IMG/VR virus record: IMGVR_UViG_3300001450_000023
Span: 15,790 to 79,789 of that record
Source: a virus
Strand: one strand, 5' to 3'
DNA length: 64,000 bases
Shown here: positions 50,242 to 60,280 of the stretch, piece after piece
Layout of the letters: each line of letters starts with the position of its first letter
Position numbering within the stretch: the first letter of the stretch is position 1
Notes under the pieces: model-generated
Databases searched by the model: none
What the model saw: only the letters and a program-made list of their open reading frames with translations
What the model was told of the DNA's origin: nothing
Program-made: the position numbers and the translations under genes

Positions 50242-51696
50242 TTAATTTCTTTTCAAAATCAATTCACCACAACGTGACACATCTTGGATGTGAATTCCAC
50301 ATTGGTCTTTAACATGCATTTCATAGTAATCTCCAGCATGTGATGCTAGTCCTGTATTAGTTACAGGGCCAAAAGGAGATACCATTCCACCTACATAAAT
50401 AAGTGACATTCCACCTTTCTTCTTAACTTTCAAGATGTTAGAATCTTGTTTCTCACCAGAAAAGTCAAGGAAAGTAAATCTCATTGATTCAGTAGGATAT
50501 CCAGTTAATGGATCAATTTCAAAGTTTATTTCTCTATCATCATACAATGGTAAATGTACTAATTCTAAAGTAGAACCATTAGCCATTGAGTATTTAGTAA
50601 ACTGATAGCCAGCTTGCCAAGCATTGTCATGATATTGAGATTTTGTTTTATTAACTGAGAAATCCTCAACAATCTTAACAAAACCACTTTTGTTCATCCA
50701 ATCTTGAACTGCTCTGTGGAACAATAACATACCATACTCACCAGTAAAGGCTTTGATATGTCTTTGAGAACCTGGAGCTACTCTTGAATAGAATATATCC
50801 ATTAAATACTCTTCAATTAACTCAGTAGTTAAGTGAGAGTAAGTTTCTCTATGAGAATCTTCAAGTTGTTCTTGGATTCCAGGACCATTAAAGACTGGTC
50901 TACCATTAGCTCCAAGTACAGTATCAGTACTACGAGAATACCAATAACTTCTTTCTAATTCACGATAATATTGTTGCCAATATTCAACTTCAGCATACTT
51001 AATCCATGATTTATGCATAACTCCATTAGAATCAGGGATTCCAACTGCAAGAACTTCTGTACTAGCATCACCAGTTACTCGGTATTTCTTTCTTAATCTA
51101 GAAAGTCTGTTTTTTAGAGTAATAGGAAGTGAGTACTGAGTACTACCTGATTGTTCAGCAGCTTCTTCATACATTGAGAATAATTTTGCCCATTGAGTAC
51201 CTACACCTAAATGTATTACTGGTACAAAAGATGCAATATTATCATCCATCAATCTTAATGTGTAAACCCAACCATTACCTTGTCTGTAAGGTTGTTCTTG
51301 AACTCTACATTGGTATTTCTTATTAGAAGTACCAGGATGTATAACATCACCAGTTACAAACCAATTCTCACTTAACTTAAGTTTGAAGTTAGTTCTTCCT
51401 TTACCTGGATAACTAGTTCCAGATAAATTTTCAAGTACTACTAGTGGTTTGGTAGATGCTGTTTTTAGTGACCATTCCCATTCTGTTGTAGCAATTTCTT
51501 TTTCTCTTCCACTAGCAACTAAACTACTAGTTAGAGAGTTATCAGAAAAATACCTTTTAGATGAAAACAGCTGTGCCATTTTTGATTCAAATACTTCTGG
51601 TCTAGCATGGAGTGATGCACCTAAGTGATTCATCTCAGTCATGTTAGCATGCCAGCTCATTTGCTTTGTTACAAGTTTATTACTAATTTTTGCCAT
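50242..51696 (-). CDS. major capsid protein (crAss-like HK97 fold)
   Basis: 484 aa; WEW, W...FS.YEE, NRLS.LRK.Y.VTG, G.GI.EQL, TGEYG...F, H.PLYDD; portal-scaffold-MCP order. Confidence 0.9.
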   Translation of the reverse strand: MAKISNKLVTKQMSWHANMTEMNHLGASLHARPEVFESKMAQLFSSKRYFSDNSLTSSLVASGREKEIATTEWEWSLKTASTKPLVVLENLSGTSYPGKGRTNFKLKLSENWFVTGDVIHPGTSNKKYQCRVQEQPYRQGNGWVYTLRLMDDNIASFVPVIHLGVGTQWAKLFSMYEEAAEQSGSTQYSLPITLKNRLSRLRKKYRVTGDASTEVLAVGIPDSNGVMHKSWIKYAEVEYWQQYYRELERSYWYSRSTDTVLGANGRPVFNGPGIQEQLEDSHRETYSHLTTELIEEYLMDIFYSRVAPGSQRHIKAFTGEYGMLLFHRAVQDWMNKSGFVKIVEDFSVNKTKSQYHDNAWQAGYQFTKYSMANGSTLELVHLPLYDDREINFEIDPLTGYPTESMRFTFLDFSGEKQDSNILKVKKKGGMSLIYVGGMVSPFGPVTNTGLASHAGDYYEMHVKDQCGIHIQDVSRCGELILKRN

Positions 51697-51711
51697 TTTT
51701 TAAAATTTAAT

Positions 51712-52794
51712 TTAATCATTAAAATATTCATACAAGGCTTTCTTCTTTCTTCCCGAAGAAGATTTAGAACTCTTTATTGTAGGCTTCCTTTCAATTTTAT
51801 CTTTTGTCTTTTTTGTTACTTTAGTTTCTGTATTTCTAATTACATCAGAAATATCAAAGTCACTTCTCAACAGTTTTGCTATAACTAAGATTTTTTCAGG
51901 ATCTTGAAAAGCTTGTTGCAAATCATTTTGCATTTGAGTAAGGTAATTATTTTTACCTACCTTAACTTTTGCTTTAGTCATATAAGTATGTAGATTTCTT
52001 TTATCATCCCTGTTAAAAGAAAAATGCCCAATACTTTCTGTATCATTCAATCTTTGTTTTAGATCTTGTGACAACTGTTCTCTTTGCTGTCTTGCTACCT
52101 CATCCTGTTTCTTTTGCTCCTCCACCATTTTCTTCTGGTAATCTACTCTTTGGTTTTCAAATTTCTCCTCATATTTCTCAGCATGTCTTTTTAACTTACC
52201 TCCCTCTTTTAACCATTCAAGTTTATCTTGAATATCCTCTTCATCATATCCTTCTTGTTGCAATCCATATTTTACAAGATTTTCTTGGTAATTTTCATTA
52301 CTAATATCTCCTGCTGGATTATCTGTAGCAGCTTTTAAACTATCAAAGAACTTTTTAGTATTACCACCATTCTTTTTATATTTTAAAAAAGCAATGGCAT
52401 CTTCATCTAATTCATCAAAGAAACCTTCCATTGTTTCTTCTACTCTAGATTCTATTTCATTATCTATAACATCAGAAATTTCTTGATCTTCTTCAAATTC
52501 AAAAGTTAAGACTCCTTCATCTTTTAACTTATTCATTAACATTTGAGCATCACCAATCTCTTCAGTTTCTTCACCATCTACAGAATCAAAAGTTTCTTCT
52601 TCAAAAGAAATTTCAGGAGCAGCTTCTTCTTTTATCTCTTCCTTTGTTTCCTCTTTAGGTTTTTCTTTTACTTCAGGTGTTTCAGGTTTTTCTTCTGTTT
52701 TTACTTCTTTTTTCTCTTCTACGGGTTCAGATACATTTTCTGCATTATCCCAACTGTCCCATGAGAAATTTTCTAGTTTTTCATTACTTTCCAT
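51712..52794 (-). CDS. putative scaffolding protein
   Basis: highly acidic coiled-coil protein between portal and MCP. Confidence 0.7.
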   Translation of the reverse strand: MESNEKLENFSWDSWDNAENVSEPVEEKKEVKTEEKPETPEVKEKPKEETKEEIKEEAAPEISFEEETFDSVDGEETEEIGDAQMLMNKLKDEGVLTFEFEEDQEISDVIDNEIESRVEETMEGFFDELDEDAIAFLKYKKNGGNTKKFFDSLKAATDNPAGDISNENYQENLVKYGLQQEGYDEEDIQDKLEWLKEGGKLKRHAEKYEEKFENQRVDYQKKMVEEQKKQDEVARQQREQLSQDLKQRLNDTESIGHFSFNRDDKRNLHTYMTKAKVKVGKNNYLTQMQNDLQQAFQDPEKILVIAKLLRSDFDISDVIRNTETKVTKKTKDKIERKPTIKSSKSSSGRKKKALYEYFND

Positions 52795-52798
52795 AACG

Positions 52799-52806
52799 CA
52801 AATTTA
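52799..52806 (-). promoter_or_regulatory. Bacteroidota -7 promoter element TAAATTTG
   Basis: just upstream of the scaffold start. Confidence 0.5.
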
Positions 52807-52879
52807 AGTTTAAATATTTAAAAAAGTTAAGTTTTATTCTTAACTATGTTAACAATCTTAGAAATAGCTTATTCTTTAT

Positions 52880-55261
52880 TTACTTCTTTTTGTTTATCTT
52901 TTCTTGATCCATTTTCTTCTGATGTTCAAACTTTTCTTCAGCTAGTCTTTGCTTCCTTGCTTGGATCTCAGCATCCAACCCATGTTGTGCAACTTCTAAT
53001 ATATCAGGTTTACCATCTCTATCTATATCTTTATCTTCATTAAATCCCATAGAAAGTATTGTCTGTCTTTGTAAGTCAGCAGCAGCCTTTTTATCAGCTA
53101 AAATAATTTCTGTTTCTCTATCATATTCTTTTTCCATCTGTCTTGATTGTATTTGCTGCTGTTGCATTTGTTGATCCATTTCTTTCATTTGCATTTGTTG
53201 TTGTTGCATTTGTTCTCTTTTAGTATCTTCAGCAACTTTAAGCAAATCTTCAGCTTCTTGTAAACCATCTGATTTAACAATCTTAATAATGTCAGACATA
53301 TTAAACATTTGATTTTGCATACCAGCATGAGCCAATTGTTTAACCATTTCTTTAGCTTCATTTGCTTTAGAAGAAGAAGCAACATCAATACCATATGTAG
53401 AATTATATAATAATTGTGGATTCATTTCAAGCATTCCTATAGAAAGATCATCTAGTACATATCTTAACATTTTAGATTTTGTACCAGAATAAGCTTCTTT
53501 AGCTACATCTAATAATCTTCTTATACAATTTCTTTTAACATAATTATGCATTTCAAACATAGGCTCTAATATATTAGAAGCTTGTAAAATAGCTTCTCTT
53601 GTATTTCCTACATTTTGCTGAGTGTTTATTTGAGCTTCCATTTCTTTTGGAATACCTACAGCATCTCCTGCTTTTCTTTCTATATAATTAGCAAGGTTAA
53701 CATAGTTATTTATATCAGAAGCTAAAGACATATCTAAAACTCTATTTATCTGACTAATATCTGTATTTCTGTTACCTTCTTCATTTGGATTTACCCATGC
53801 TACTTTTGTAGCTTCAGCATAATAATGCCATTTTTTAATATCTATTCCAGCACTTTTAGGAATTGAGTTAATGTTCATCATTATAATCTTACCTTTATCT
53901 GATGCCATTAATAATTCAATTCTATACATAATAATATTATAATAATATTGATATGCTTTTAATCTATCTATTATAGATGTAGTGTTTGAATTTAAATTAT
54001 CATAAGCAACTCCTACATATGGTAATTTACATTCATGTAAATTATCCATATCTTTAAATTGCCCAATCATTGGTCCCATATTTAAATACATAGCTTCTGA
54101 TAATTTAACCTTATAACCTTCGTGTACTTCAGGAATCCATTTCCATTTTAATTCAAGATCTCCAAACTCTTTAGACATCTTATAATTTTCTTCTACTATT
54201 TTTTCTTGAACTTCACCATTAGGATCAATATAAGTTAAAAAGCCTATTTTTCTAAGACCTTTCCATACACAATGTAAAACTCTAATAGTATCATCACTAT
54301 CAGTATCACTTTCAGTAAAATTCCAAAAACCATCACTCATACTACTTACACCTTTACCATAAGCAGAATAAATATCATCTATTTGAGATTGTTTCAATTC
54401 ATCTCCAAAAATATTAATTATTTGTGATGGTGTTAATCTATATTCACAAACTGCCCATTCTCCATCTTCTATAAATTCTATGTCTGGAGATTTATCATAA
54501 TCAAAATATAAAGGATTAACTACATCCATTACAGGAATACCATTTTCTATACCTATGTGATATATTTCTTCACCCGCTATACAAGAATGCTTAAAACCTT
54601 TATTAAACTTTCTTTTAAGATCACATTTGACAGTTAAATATTTAAGCAATTGTTCAGCAAGTGCTTCAGCAGGATCTTGATGCTTTCTAGCCATGTATTT
54701 TTTAATCTCAGGAGGTGTCATTGCCTGAGTCTGTTGTTGTATTTGTTGTTGCAACTGCGTTATCTGCTCTTCATTAAGTTCTTGACCTTGAGTTTGCTGC
54801 ATAGCTTGTTGTTGAACTTGCATTTGTATTGGATCCATTATTTGTTTAATAACATATTCCTTATACAAATCAAATTCTTTTTGCTCTATCCTATTAGTAG
54901 CTTCATCATTAATTGCATATACTGTCCAAGAAAAAGGTCTTTTCTCTTCCATACCCATTAATGCTTTAATCTTACCTGATATAATATCTCTATTAGTAAG
55001 ATCTGCAGGAAGTTCTCCTGATTCTGCACCAAAAGGTTTACAAACATATTCAAAGTCTGATAAGTTAACTATGTTATTGTATAAATCATAATTAACCTTT
55101 TTTCTCTTAAAGGAACTTACTCCTCCATCAAATGATGTTGAAGTATTGTATAAAGACCTGACATCTAATTTATCTATTTGATCTTTATAATACTGTCTTG
55201 AGTTTTTGTTCTTTTGAAACTGTGTAACTCTTTGTTTAGTACTAAAATTGTTTTCTGACAT
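52880..55261 (-). CDS. portal protein
   Basis: 793 aa; NYDLYN, II..KI..L.G.E..RPF, CKLPYVG, LK.YQ..YNI..., next to the terminase. Confidence 0.9.
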   Translation of the reverse strand: MSENNFSTKQRVTQFQKNKNSRQYYKDQIDKLDVRSLYNTSTSFDGGVSSFKRKKVNYDLYNNIVNLSDFEYVCKPFGAESGELPADLTNRDIISGKIKALMGMEEKRPFSWTVYAINDEATNRIEQKEFDLYKEYVIKQIMDPIQMQVQQQAMQQTQGQELNEEQITQLQQQIQQQTQAMTPPEIKKYMARKHQDPAEALAEQLLKYLTVKCDLKRKFNKGFKHSCIAGEEIYHIGIENGIPVMDVVNPLYFDYDKSPDIEFIEDGEWAVCEYRLTPSQIINIFGDELKQSQIDDIYSAYGKGVSSMSDGFWNFTESDTDSDDTIRVLHCVWKGLRKIGFLTYIDPNGEVQEKIVEENYKMSKEFGDLELKWKWIPEVHEGYKVKLSEAMYLNMGPMIGQFKDMDNLHECKLPYVGVAYDNLNSNTTSIIDRLKAYQYYYNIIMYRIELLMASDKGKIIMMNINSIPKSAGIDIKKWHYYAEATKVAWVNPNEEGNRNTDISQINRVLDMSLASDINNYVNLANYIERKAGDAVGIPKEMEAQINTQQNVGNTREAILQASNILEPMFEMHNYVKRNCIRRLLDVAKEAYSGTKSKMLRYVLDDLSIGMLEMNPQLLYNSTYGIDVASSSKANEAKEMVKQLAHAGMQNQMFNMSDIIKIVKSDGLQEAEDLLKVAEDTKREQMQQQQMQMKEMDQQMQQQQIQSRQMEKEYDRETEIILADKKAAADLQRQTILSMGFNEDKDIDRDGKPDILEVAQHGLDAEIQARKQRLAEEKFEHQKKMDQEKINKKK

Positions 55262-55267
55262 TTTATT

Positions 55268-57388
55268 TTATTTTTTAAAAAGAAATTTATGAAACCCAAG
55301 TAAATCAGACAAATTTCCATTTATTTCATCTCCGTATTCCTTATCTAATTCTTCTTCTTCTATTTGAAACATTAGCATCATGAATGCCATTACTCTATCA
55401 AAGTTACCTTTTCTATTGTAATTAATCAACTCTTCCAGTAATCCTGTATCGTAAATTGTTTCTAAATTTAATATTTTATTACCATTTTCATCAATATCCC
55501 TCTCAGTCAATAGCCACCTTTTTATATATTTTTCTCCTGCATCTTTTAATTGCTTGTTCATATGAATACCATATATCCTTGCAACTTTAGAGTTTTTTAC
55601 ATTCTTAGATATAACAGCATTTGGCTGAACAGCTAACAAATGTAATAATTTATGATTCATGAAATAACTTTTAACGGAGGTTACTTCATTTTCATGCATT
55701 ATTTCTGCATTATAAAATTCTGCTATCATAGCAGCTAATCTATTAAAATCATCAGTAGTATTTGGTCTACCAACATAATTTGCAACTATAGTATCTCTAG
55801 TGTAAGAAAACTTATGGTTACCTTTATATACATAAAAAGCACCTAAAGAAGTTCCTCCACTTTGATCTTGTCTATATGGGTCATATCCTATTTTATACAA
55901 TCCTCTCGGTGGATCTGATATAGGTCCTTCAAAAATAACTACACATCCTTTTATATCTGCAATCTTTGGTTTATAATCCCATAAAGGTTGCAACTTATCT
56001 TGCAAGTCAGGTCTTGCTATTATTTTACCCTCTTCTTTCAATAATGTTACAGGAGTTCCCCTTTTTATATTTAAATTTTCTCTCATAACCTTATTATAGT
56101 GGTTTCTCAGCTCTACAACTGGAAAATCATTTCTACTTACAGTTAAAAAAGCTTCTCCTGGACAAGTTGGATATTCTTGATTATGTTGATTTAAAGTATT
56201 AGTGCCACTAGAATTTTTTATAATTTTGTTTCTAGTTTCTTCTTCTTTTTCCAATGCCCCTTTCTTATCTGAGTTTCCACTATCATCATAGAATCCTTCC
56301 ATATTCCAATACACAGGATGAAAAAAACCACAACTAGAGTTTTCTGCATCTTTATCCCACATATTTACAAAAGGCATTAAATCAAACAGTTCAGGTTTAT
56401 AAAACATTTCTGCAAAATCTTTAGTTCCACTTTTCATATCCCCACCTGTACCAAAGATTATAATCTGACCAGTAGTATAACTACCAGCTTCAAGTGCTGG
56501 TTTAGTTGCCATGTATGCATCTTTCAAATTAGGAAATGCACCTGCCTCTTCAAACAATACTAACTTAGCATCTTTACCCCTTGCAGCATCAGGATTATCT
56601 TTAAATGTTAATGCAGTAATTTCTGATTTAAATCCTTTTTCTATATTATTCTCTTTAAAGGATGCCTTCTTATGATGTATCTTATCTACATAATCTCTAC
56701 TCTTTTTCCAAGCAGTATGTTCATCAATGTGTGATATATAAGCATTGACCATTGACATAATTCCTTTTGGATATAAATATTCTTTTAAAAAAGCTCCTGC
56801 TATATTTAAAGAATTTCTATACAAAGAATAATTATTTACTAGTAAAGCAGCATTCTTAAAGGAATATCCTTTCCGTCTACTTTTACCAACAATCATATGT
56901 TTACCACCTTGTAAATTATCTTTACTAACTTTTAGTTCTAATTTTAAAGAGTTGAAAGCTTTTATTAGGTTCTTTTCATTCTTATCATTAGAATTATAAA
57001 ATGGAATATTTATATTTAACATTCCATTATATGCTATATCTTTTGCCCAATAGTAATTATAATCTCCATCCCAGAAATCTGGCATGTCTTGTATCTTAGC
57101 TGCCACATTACTATATGCAGATTTTAAATCTACTTTCATAATAGGATAGAAATTCAAATATGCATAATGATCTCCAGTTATCTTTACATCACCTACTGTA
57201 TACCCTTCTTTACATCTTTTAGTTTGCTCATCCCAATATTCATAATAACCAGGAGAACCTATAGGATCTGCACAGTAATAGCCATATTTAGAAAAATGTT
57301 TAGCCTCTTCTCTAAATACTTCAGTATTAATCCAATGTCCTTTTGGATTTCTAACAGCAGCTAATTTTCCTTGTGCATAACCTTCCAT
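55268..57388 (-). CDS. terL: terminase large subunit
   Basis: ITGDHY.YLNF, GKSRRKGYS, LFEEAG, FGTGG, GYDPY, GNFDRV. Confidence 0.95.
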   Translation of the reverse strand: MEGYAQGKLAAVRNPKGHWINTEVFREEAKHFSKYGYYCADPIGSPGYYEYWDEQTKRCKEGYTVGDVKITGDHYAYLNFYPIMKVDLKSAYSNVAAKIQDMPDFWDGDYNYYWAKDIAYNGMLNINIPFYNSNDKNEKNLIKAFNSLKLELKVSKDNLQGGKHMIVGKSRRKGYSFKNAALLVNNYSLYRNSLNIAGAFLKEYLYPKGIMSMVNAYISHIDEHTAWKKSRDYVDKIHHKKASFKENNIEKGFKSEITALTFKDNPDAARGKDAKLVLFEEAGAFPNLKDAYMATKPALEAGSYTTGQIIIFGTGGDMKSGTKDFAEMFYKPELFDLMPFVNMWDKDAENSSCGFFHPVYWNMEGFYDDSGNSDKKGALEKEEETRNKIIKNSSGTNTLNQHNQEYPTCPGEAFLTVSRNDFPVVELRNHYNKVMRENLNIKRGTPVTLLKEEGKIIARPDLQDKLQPLWDYKPKIADIKGCVVIFEGPISDPPRGLYKIGYDPYRQDQSGGTSLGAFYVYKGNHKFSYTRDTIVANYVGRPNTTDDFNRLAAMIAEFYNAEIMHENEVTSVKSYFMNHKLLHLLAVQPNAVISKNVKNSKVARIYGIHMNKQLKDAGEKYIKRWLLTERDIDENGNKILNLETIYDTGLLEELINYNRKGNFDRVMAFMMLMFQIEEEELDKEYGDEINGNLSDLLGFHKFLFKK

Positions 57389-57394
57389 AAACTA

Positions 57395-57823
57395 TTACAA
57401 TAGGCTTATTAATAAAGCAGTAGTTAATCCTATTGTTAGTACCCCTCCACCAATAAGACTAAATGTATATTTTGTTTTTAACTTTTTCTTTTCTTTCTGC
57501 AAAAGCTTTAGATATTCATCATTAACTTTCAATATTTCATTATGCTCTAATTCTATATCTTGTAGTTTACCTATCTGTGTTTTCTGATTACCAATTACAA
57601 ATTCTTGATTTTTTATAACTTTCTCATGCATAGAAGTAAGAGCAAAACATGAATCTCTAAATTTAAAACATTCATTCTGTAACTTTTTAGATACATCAAA
57701 ACTATCTAGTCTATTTGCTACTCTTTCAAGAATATATCTTTCAACACACACTTTGTCACTTTGACAATCTGCGAATAAGGGCAACATCACTAGAGTCACT
57801 ATAATTAGTAGTAGTATACGCAT
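57395..57823 (-). CDS. exported coiled-coil protein with C-terminal TM (spanin-like)
   Basis: N-terminal signal, coiled coil, C-terminal hydrophobic helix; overlaps the upstream TM gene. Confidence 0.5.
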   Translation of the reverse strand: MRILLLIIVTLVMLPLFADCQSDKVCVERYILERVANRLDSFDVSKKLQNECFKFRDSCFALTSMHEKVIKNQEFVIGNQKTQIGKLQDIELEHNEILKVNDEYLKLLQKEKKKLKTKYTFSLIGGGVLTIGLTTALLISLL

Positions 57824-58103
57824 TTTTTAATCTGTTTATTTCTTTACTTATTTTTTCAAGATTTCTTTTGTTATCTGGGATCAAAAACTTTATAGAATCT
57901 ATTTTATCATATAAAACATTATTCTCATTACTCAACTGATCAAACTCATACTTTAATACGTTAATTGTTTCTTGCATGTTCATTCTAATCTTATTATAAT
58001 TGATATAAGGTTCTGGATCTTTTTTAAATATTATAATAAAAAATAATATTAATAGTAAGATAGACTGAACTATAAATACTATATGTGTAGCTGATAATTT
58101 CAT
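57756..58103 (-). CDS. i-spanin-like membrane protein
   Basis: N-terminal TM plus coiled coil, downstream of the endolysin candidate. Confidence 0.5.
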   Translation of the reverse strand: MKLSATHIVFIVQSILLLILFFIIIFKKDPEPYINYNKIRMNMQETINVLKYEFDQLSNENNVLYDKIDSIKFLIPDNKRNLEKISKEINRLKNAYTTTNYSDSSDVALIRRLSK

Positions 58104-58187
58104 TTATAAATAAATATTAGGATTATTAATGATAATATATAAGATATACTAAATCCTATTATAAATACTTTAATAAATCTTTTTTTA

Positions 58188-58436
58188 TTAATCTTCATCC
58201 TGATAAGTAGAGTTAAATCTGCTTTGTAATATCTCAGTCTTTGTTTGTTTTTCTTGTATCTTACAAAAATTTAAAAGACCATTCATTTTATTATGAAAGT
58301 CTTTTATAACATTTTCTAAAACTTCAATCTTTTTTTCTAATTTAGAATTTTCTTCTAATAATAATTTTATTTTTTCTCTTTTAGTCATATTTAAATAATT
58401 ATTAAGATTAATAAAAGTAAAAATAATACTCCCCAT
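58188..58436 (-). CDS. small coiled-coil protein
   Basis: ORF; true start probably the internal MTKREK. Confidence 0.55.
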   Translation of the reverse strand: MGSIIFTFINLNNYLNMTKREKIKLLLEENSKLEKKIEVLENVIKDFHNKMNGLLNFCKIQEKQTKTEILQSRFNSTYQDED

Positions 58437-58464
58437 GTTTTTAAAAATATAAATAACTCTTCTT

Positions 58465-59259
58465 TCATTTTATATCTTTTGATTCTAATAGAGTATATGT
58501 AAAACTATTGCCCCATTGGGATGCTGCTTTTCTACATATATCCATAAACTCATCAAAGTCATCTGGATCTTTAAATACTTGACATCCTGCACTATACTTA
58601 TTTATGTATGTAGATGGTTTGTATGCAGATGATCTATGTATGTTTATTCCAAAATATCCATCTTGAATACTATCTTTATCATAATCATAAACATCATCCT
58701 TATTACCATCTCTATAAACTTCTACCTTCCCACTCCTTTGACATAAAGCCTCATACTTACCATTATGTTTATCTATCTTATATACTTTTTCATATTGTCC
58801 AGGAACTAAGATTGCACAACCACCTCTAGAATTCATTGGGTTGTCTATCCAATGTAAACCAGGATCTGTAGTAGCAGGCCAACAATGGAAGTGCCAGTCA
58901 TTTCCTATCTTATATGCTATAGTTATTTGGTCATCATAATGATTAGTAACCTTTCCTTTTGTAGAAGAGTTTCTTACTCCTACAATATTTACATCATAAT
59001 CACTTTGTTTAAACCACTTATACTTTTTCTCATGCATAGCATTATAAATCTGCTGTAAAGAATAAGTATGTTTTATTTCATTTATATCTTTCCATGTCTT
59101 TGCTCCTACTATTCCATCAGGTTTTAAACCATTTGCTTCTTGATATTCTTTTACAGCCTTTTCAGTATTTGGTCCAAACTTACCATCTGTTTTAAGTCCA
59201 AGTGCAGCTTGAAGCTGTATAACATATTGTCCAGTACTACCTTTTTTTAGTAACATCAT
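58465..59259 (-). CDS. peptidoglycan-binding domain plus YkuD/L,D-transpeptidase-like catalytic domain (endolysin candidate)
   Basis: PG_binding_1 repeats DGKFGPNT/DGIVGAKTW; GINIH...SAGCQV. Confidence 0.8.
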   Translation of the reverse strand: MMLLKKGSTGQYVIQLQAALGLKTDGKFGPNTEKAVKEYQEANGLKPDGIVGAKTWKDINEIKHTYSLQQIYNAMHEKKYKWFKQSDYDVNIVGVRNSSTKGKVTNHYDDQITIAYKIGNDWHFHCWPATTDPGLHWIDNPMNSRGGCAILVPGQYEKVYKIDKHNGKYEALCQRSGKVEVYRDGNKDDVYDYDKDSIQDGYFGINIHRSSAYKPSTYINKYSAGCQVFKDPDDFDEFMDICRKAASQWGNSFTYTLLESKDIK

Positions 59260-59272
59260 TTAAAATTTAAAA

Positions 59273-59468
59273 GAGGAAAGATGGATGAAAAATTATAAGT
59301 GTGCGATGACCTAAATTTATCCTATTTGTTAAATAATTAAATTAAAATTAAAATATACCATCTTTCCTCATATTTTTAAAAAAGATAGGGAAATAACCAA
59401 CCAATGTTATTTAATAATTTACCATAACTTTAAATGTTAATAAATAAAATTAAAATATACCCTATCTT
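59273..59468 (-). ncRNA. two tandem stem-closed large-loop elements (candidate small RNAs)
   Basis: inverted repeats 59273-84/59358-69 and 59382-90/59460-68; shared 17-mer; T runs after each stem on the minus strand. Confidence 0.5.
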
Positions 59469-59474
59469 ATTATT

Positions 59475-59726
59475 TTAAGAACTTTGAGAATTCCTTATAG
59501 GATATAATCCCATTTCTTTTCTTTTTTTATTTACTAGTTTTAAAATATCTTTTCTAATTAGACTTCTTTGCTTTGATCTTAAAGAACTAACATAGTCTCT
59601 AATATTAATAGCTTCCATAATACTATCATAAACACCAACACTTGTGTTCCTAGATGCACCATGTGAAACCTTCTTCATAGGAAAAGCAACCTGGTATTTA
59701 CCATTTAAAATCTTAATGTGTTTCAT
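59475..59726 (-). CDS. small basic protein, AP2-like DNA-binding fold suspected
   Basis: KHI...GKYQV...VGVYDSIMEAI..RD pattern. Confidence 0.5.
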   Translation of the reverse strand: MKHIKILNGKYQVAFPMKKVSHGASRNTSVGVYDSIMEAINIRDYVSSLRSKQRSLIRKDILKLVNKKRKEMGLYPIRNSQSS

Positions 59727-59731
59727 AATAA

Positions 59732-60280
59732 TTATCTTTCATATGGATTAATATTTTTACCACCTTTAGTTTTAGAAGCTTCATACAATTCTTCCTCTAC
59801 TTTTTTCTTTAAAGAAGTTAAAGACTTTAATACCTGATCTGCTTCTTTGATTCCTCTTACAACATCATTAAACTTATGAACAGGCATTCCACTTCTGTTT
59901 CTCTCTTCATAATCTAACCCATTAGTTAAATATTCTATAGTCTTATTTAATGCTGATAAATTAGCTTCATAATATCTAATTGTAGGAGATGCTTTATACT
60001 GCCATTCATAATATTCTTCTATAGCCTTATAAACCAAATCATCAGCTTTCCATTTTTTTTCTTTAATTATAGCCTCTCTTATCTTTTCCTCTTTTATAGA
60101 TTCATCATAACCCTTAAAAGGATTATTCTTTTTCTTAGAAACCATAAACTCAATAAATGCAAACTCTTGCATAGCTATATTCTTACTCTTATCTCTTTCC
60201 CATATCTCTTTAAAAGGAGATACAGTTAAAATACTAGCAGTAGGTCTTACAACATTTCCACTTATTTCAAATATTTCCAT
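59732..60280 (-). CDS. conserved crAss-like protein (terminase small subunit candidate)
   Basis: F..IW.RDK, E.AFI; helical; upstream of terL. Confidence 0.55.
   Translation of the reverse strand: MEIFEISGNVVRPTASILTVSPFKEIWERDKSKNIAMQEFAFIEFMVSKKKNNPFKGYDESIKEEKIREAIIKEKKWKADDLVYKAIEEYYEWQYKASPTIRYYEANLSALNKTIEYLTNGLDYEERNRSGMPVHKFNDVVRGIKEADQVLKSLTSLKKKVEEELYEASKTKGGKNINPYER

Noticed and set aside
53150-54840. Gln-rich tracts in the portal as repeat elements
   Set aside because: Low-complexity Q/M helices common in phage portals
50242-57388. Introns or inteins in MCP, portal or terminase
   Set aside because: Uninterrupted ORFs of normal length; no intein or homing-endonuclease motifs seen
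10400-58829. Many short plus-strand ORFs in the track within the structural block (e.g. 10464, 17501, 33198, 43522, 47756, 54650)
   Set aside because: Antisense shadows of long, motif-bearing minus-strand genes
59273-59468. CRISPR mini-array
   Set aside because: Only two short AT-rich repeats, with unit-specific stems; no cas operon. Kept as a non-CRISPR RNA candidate
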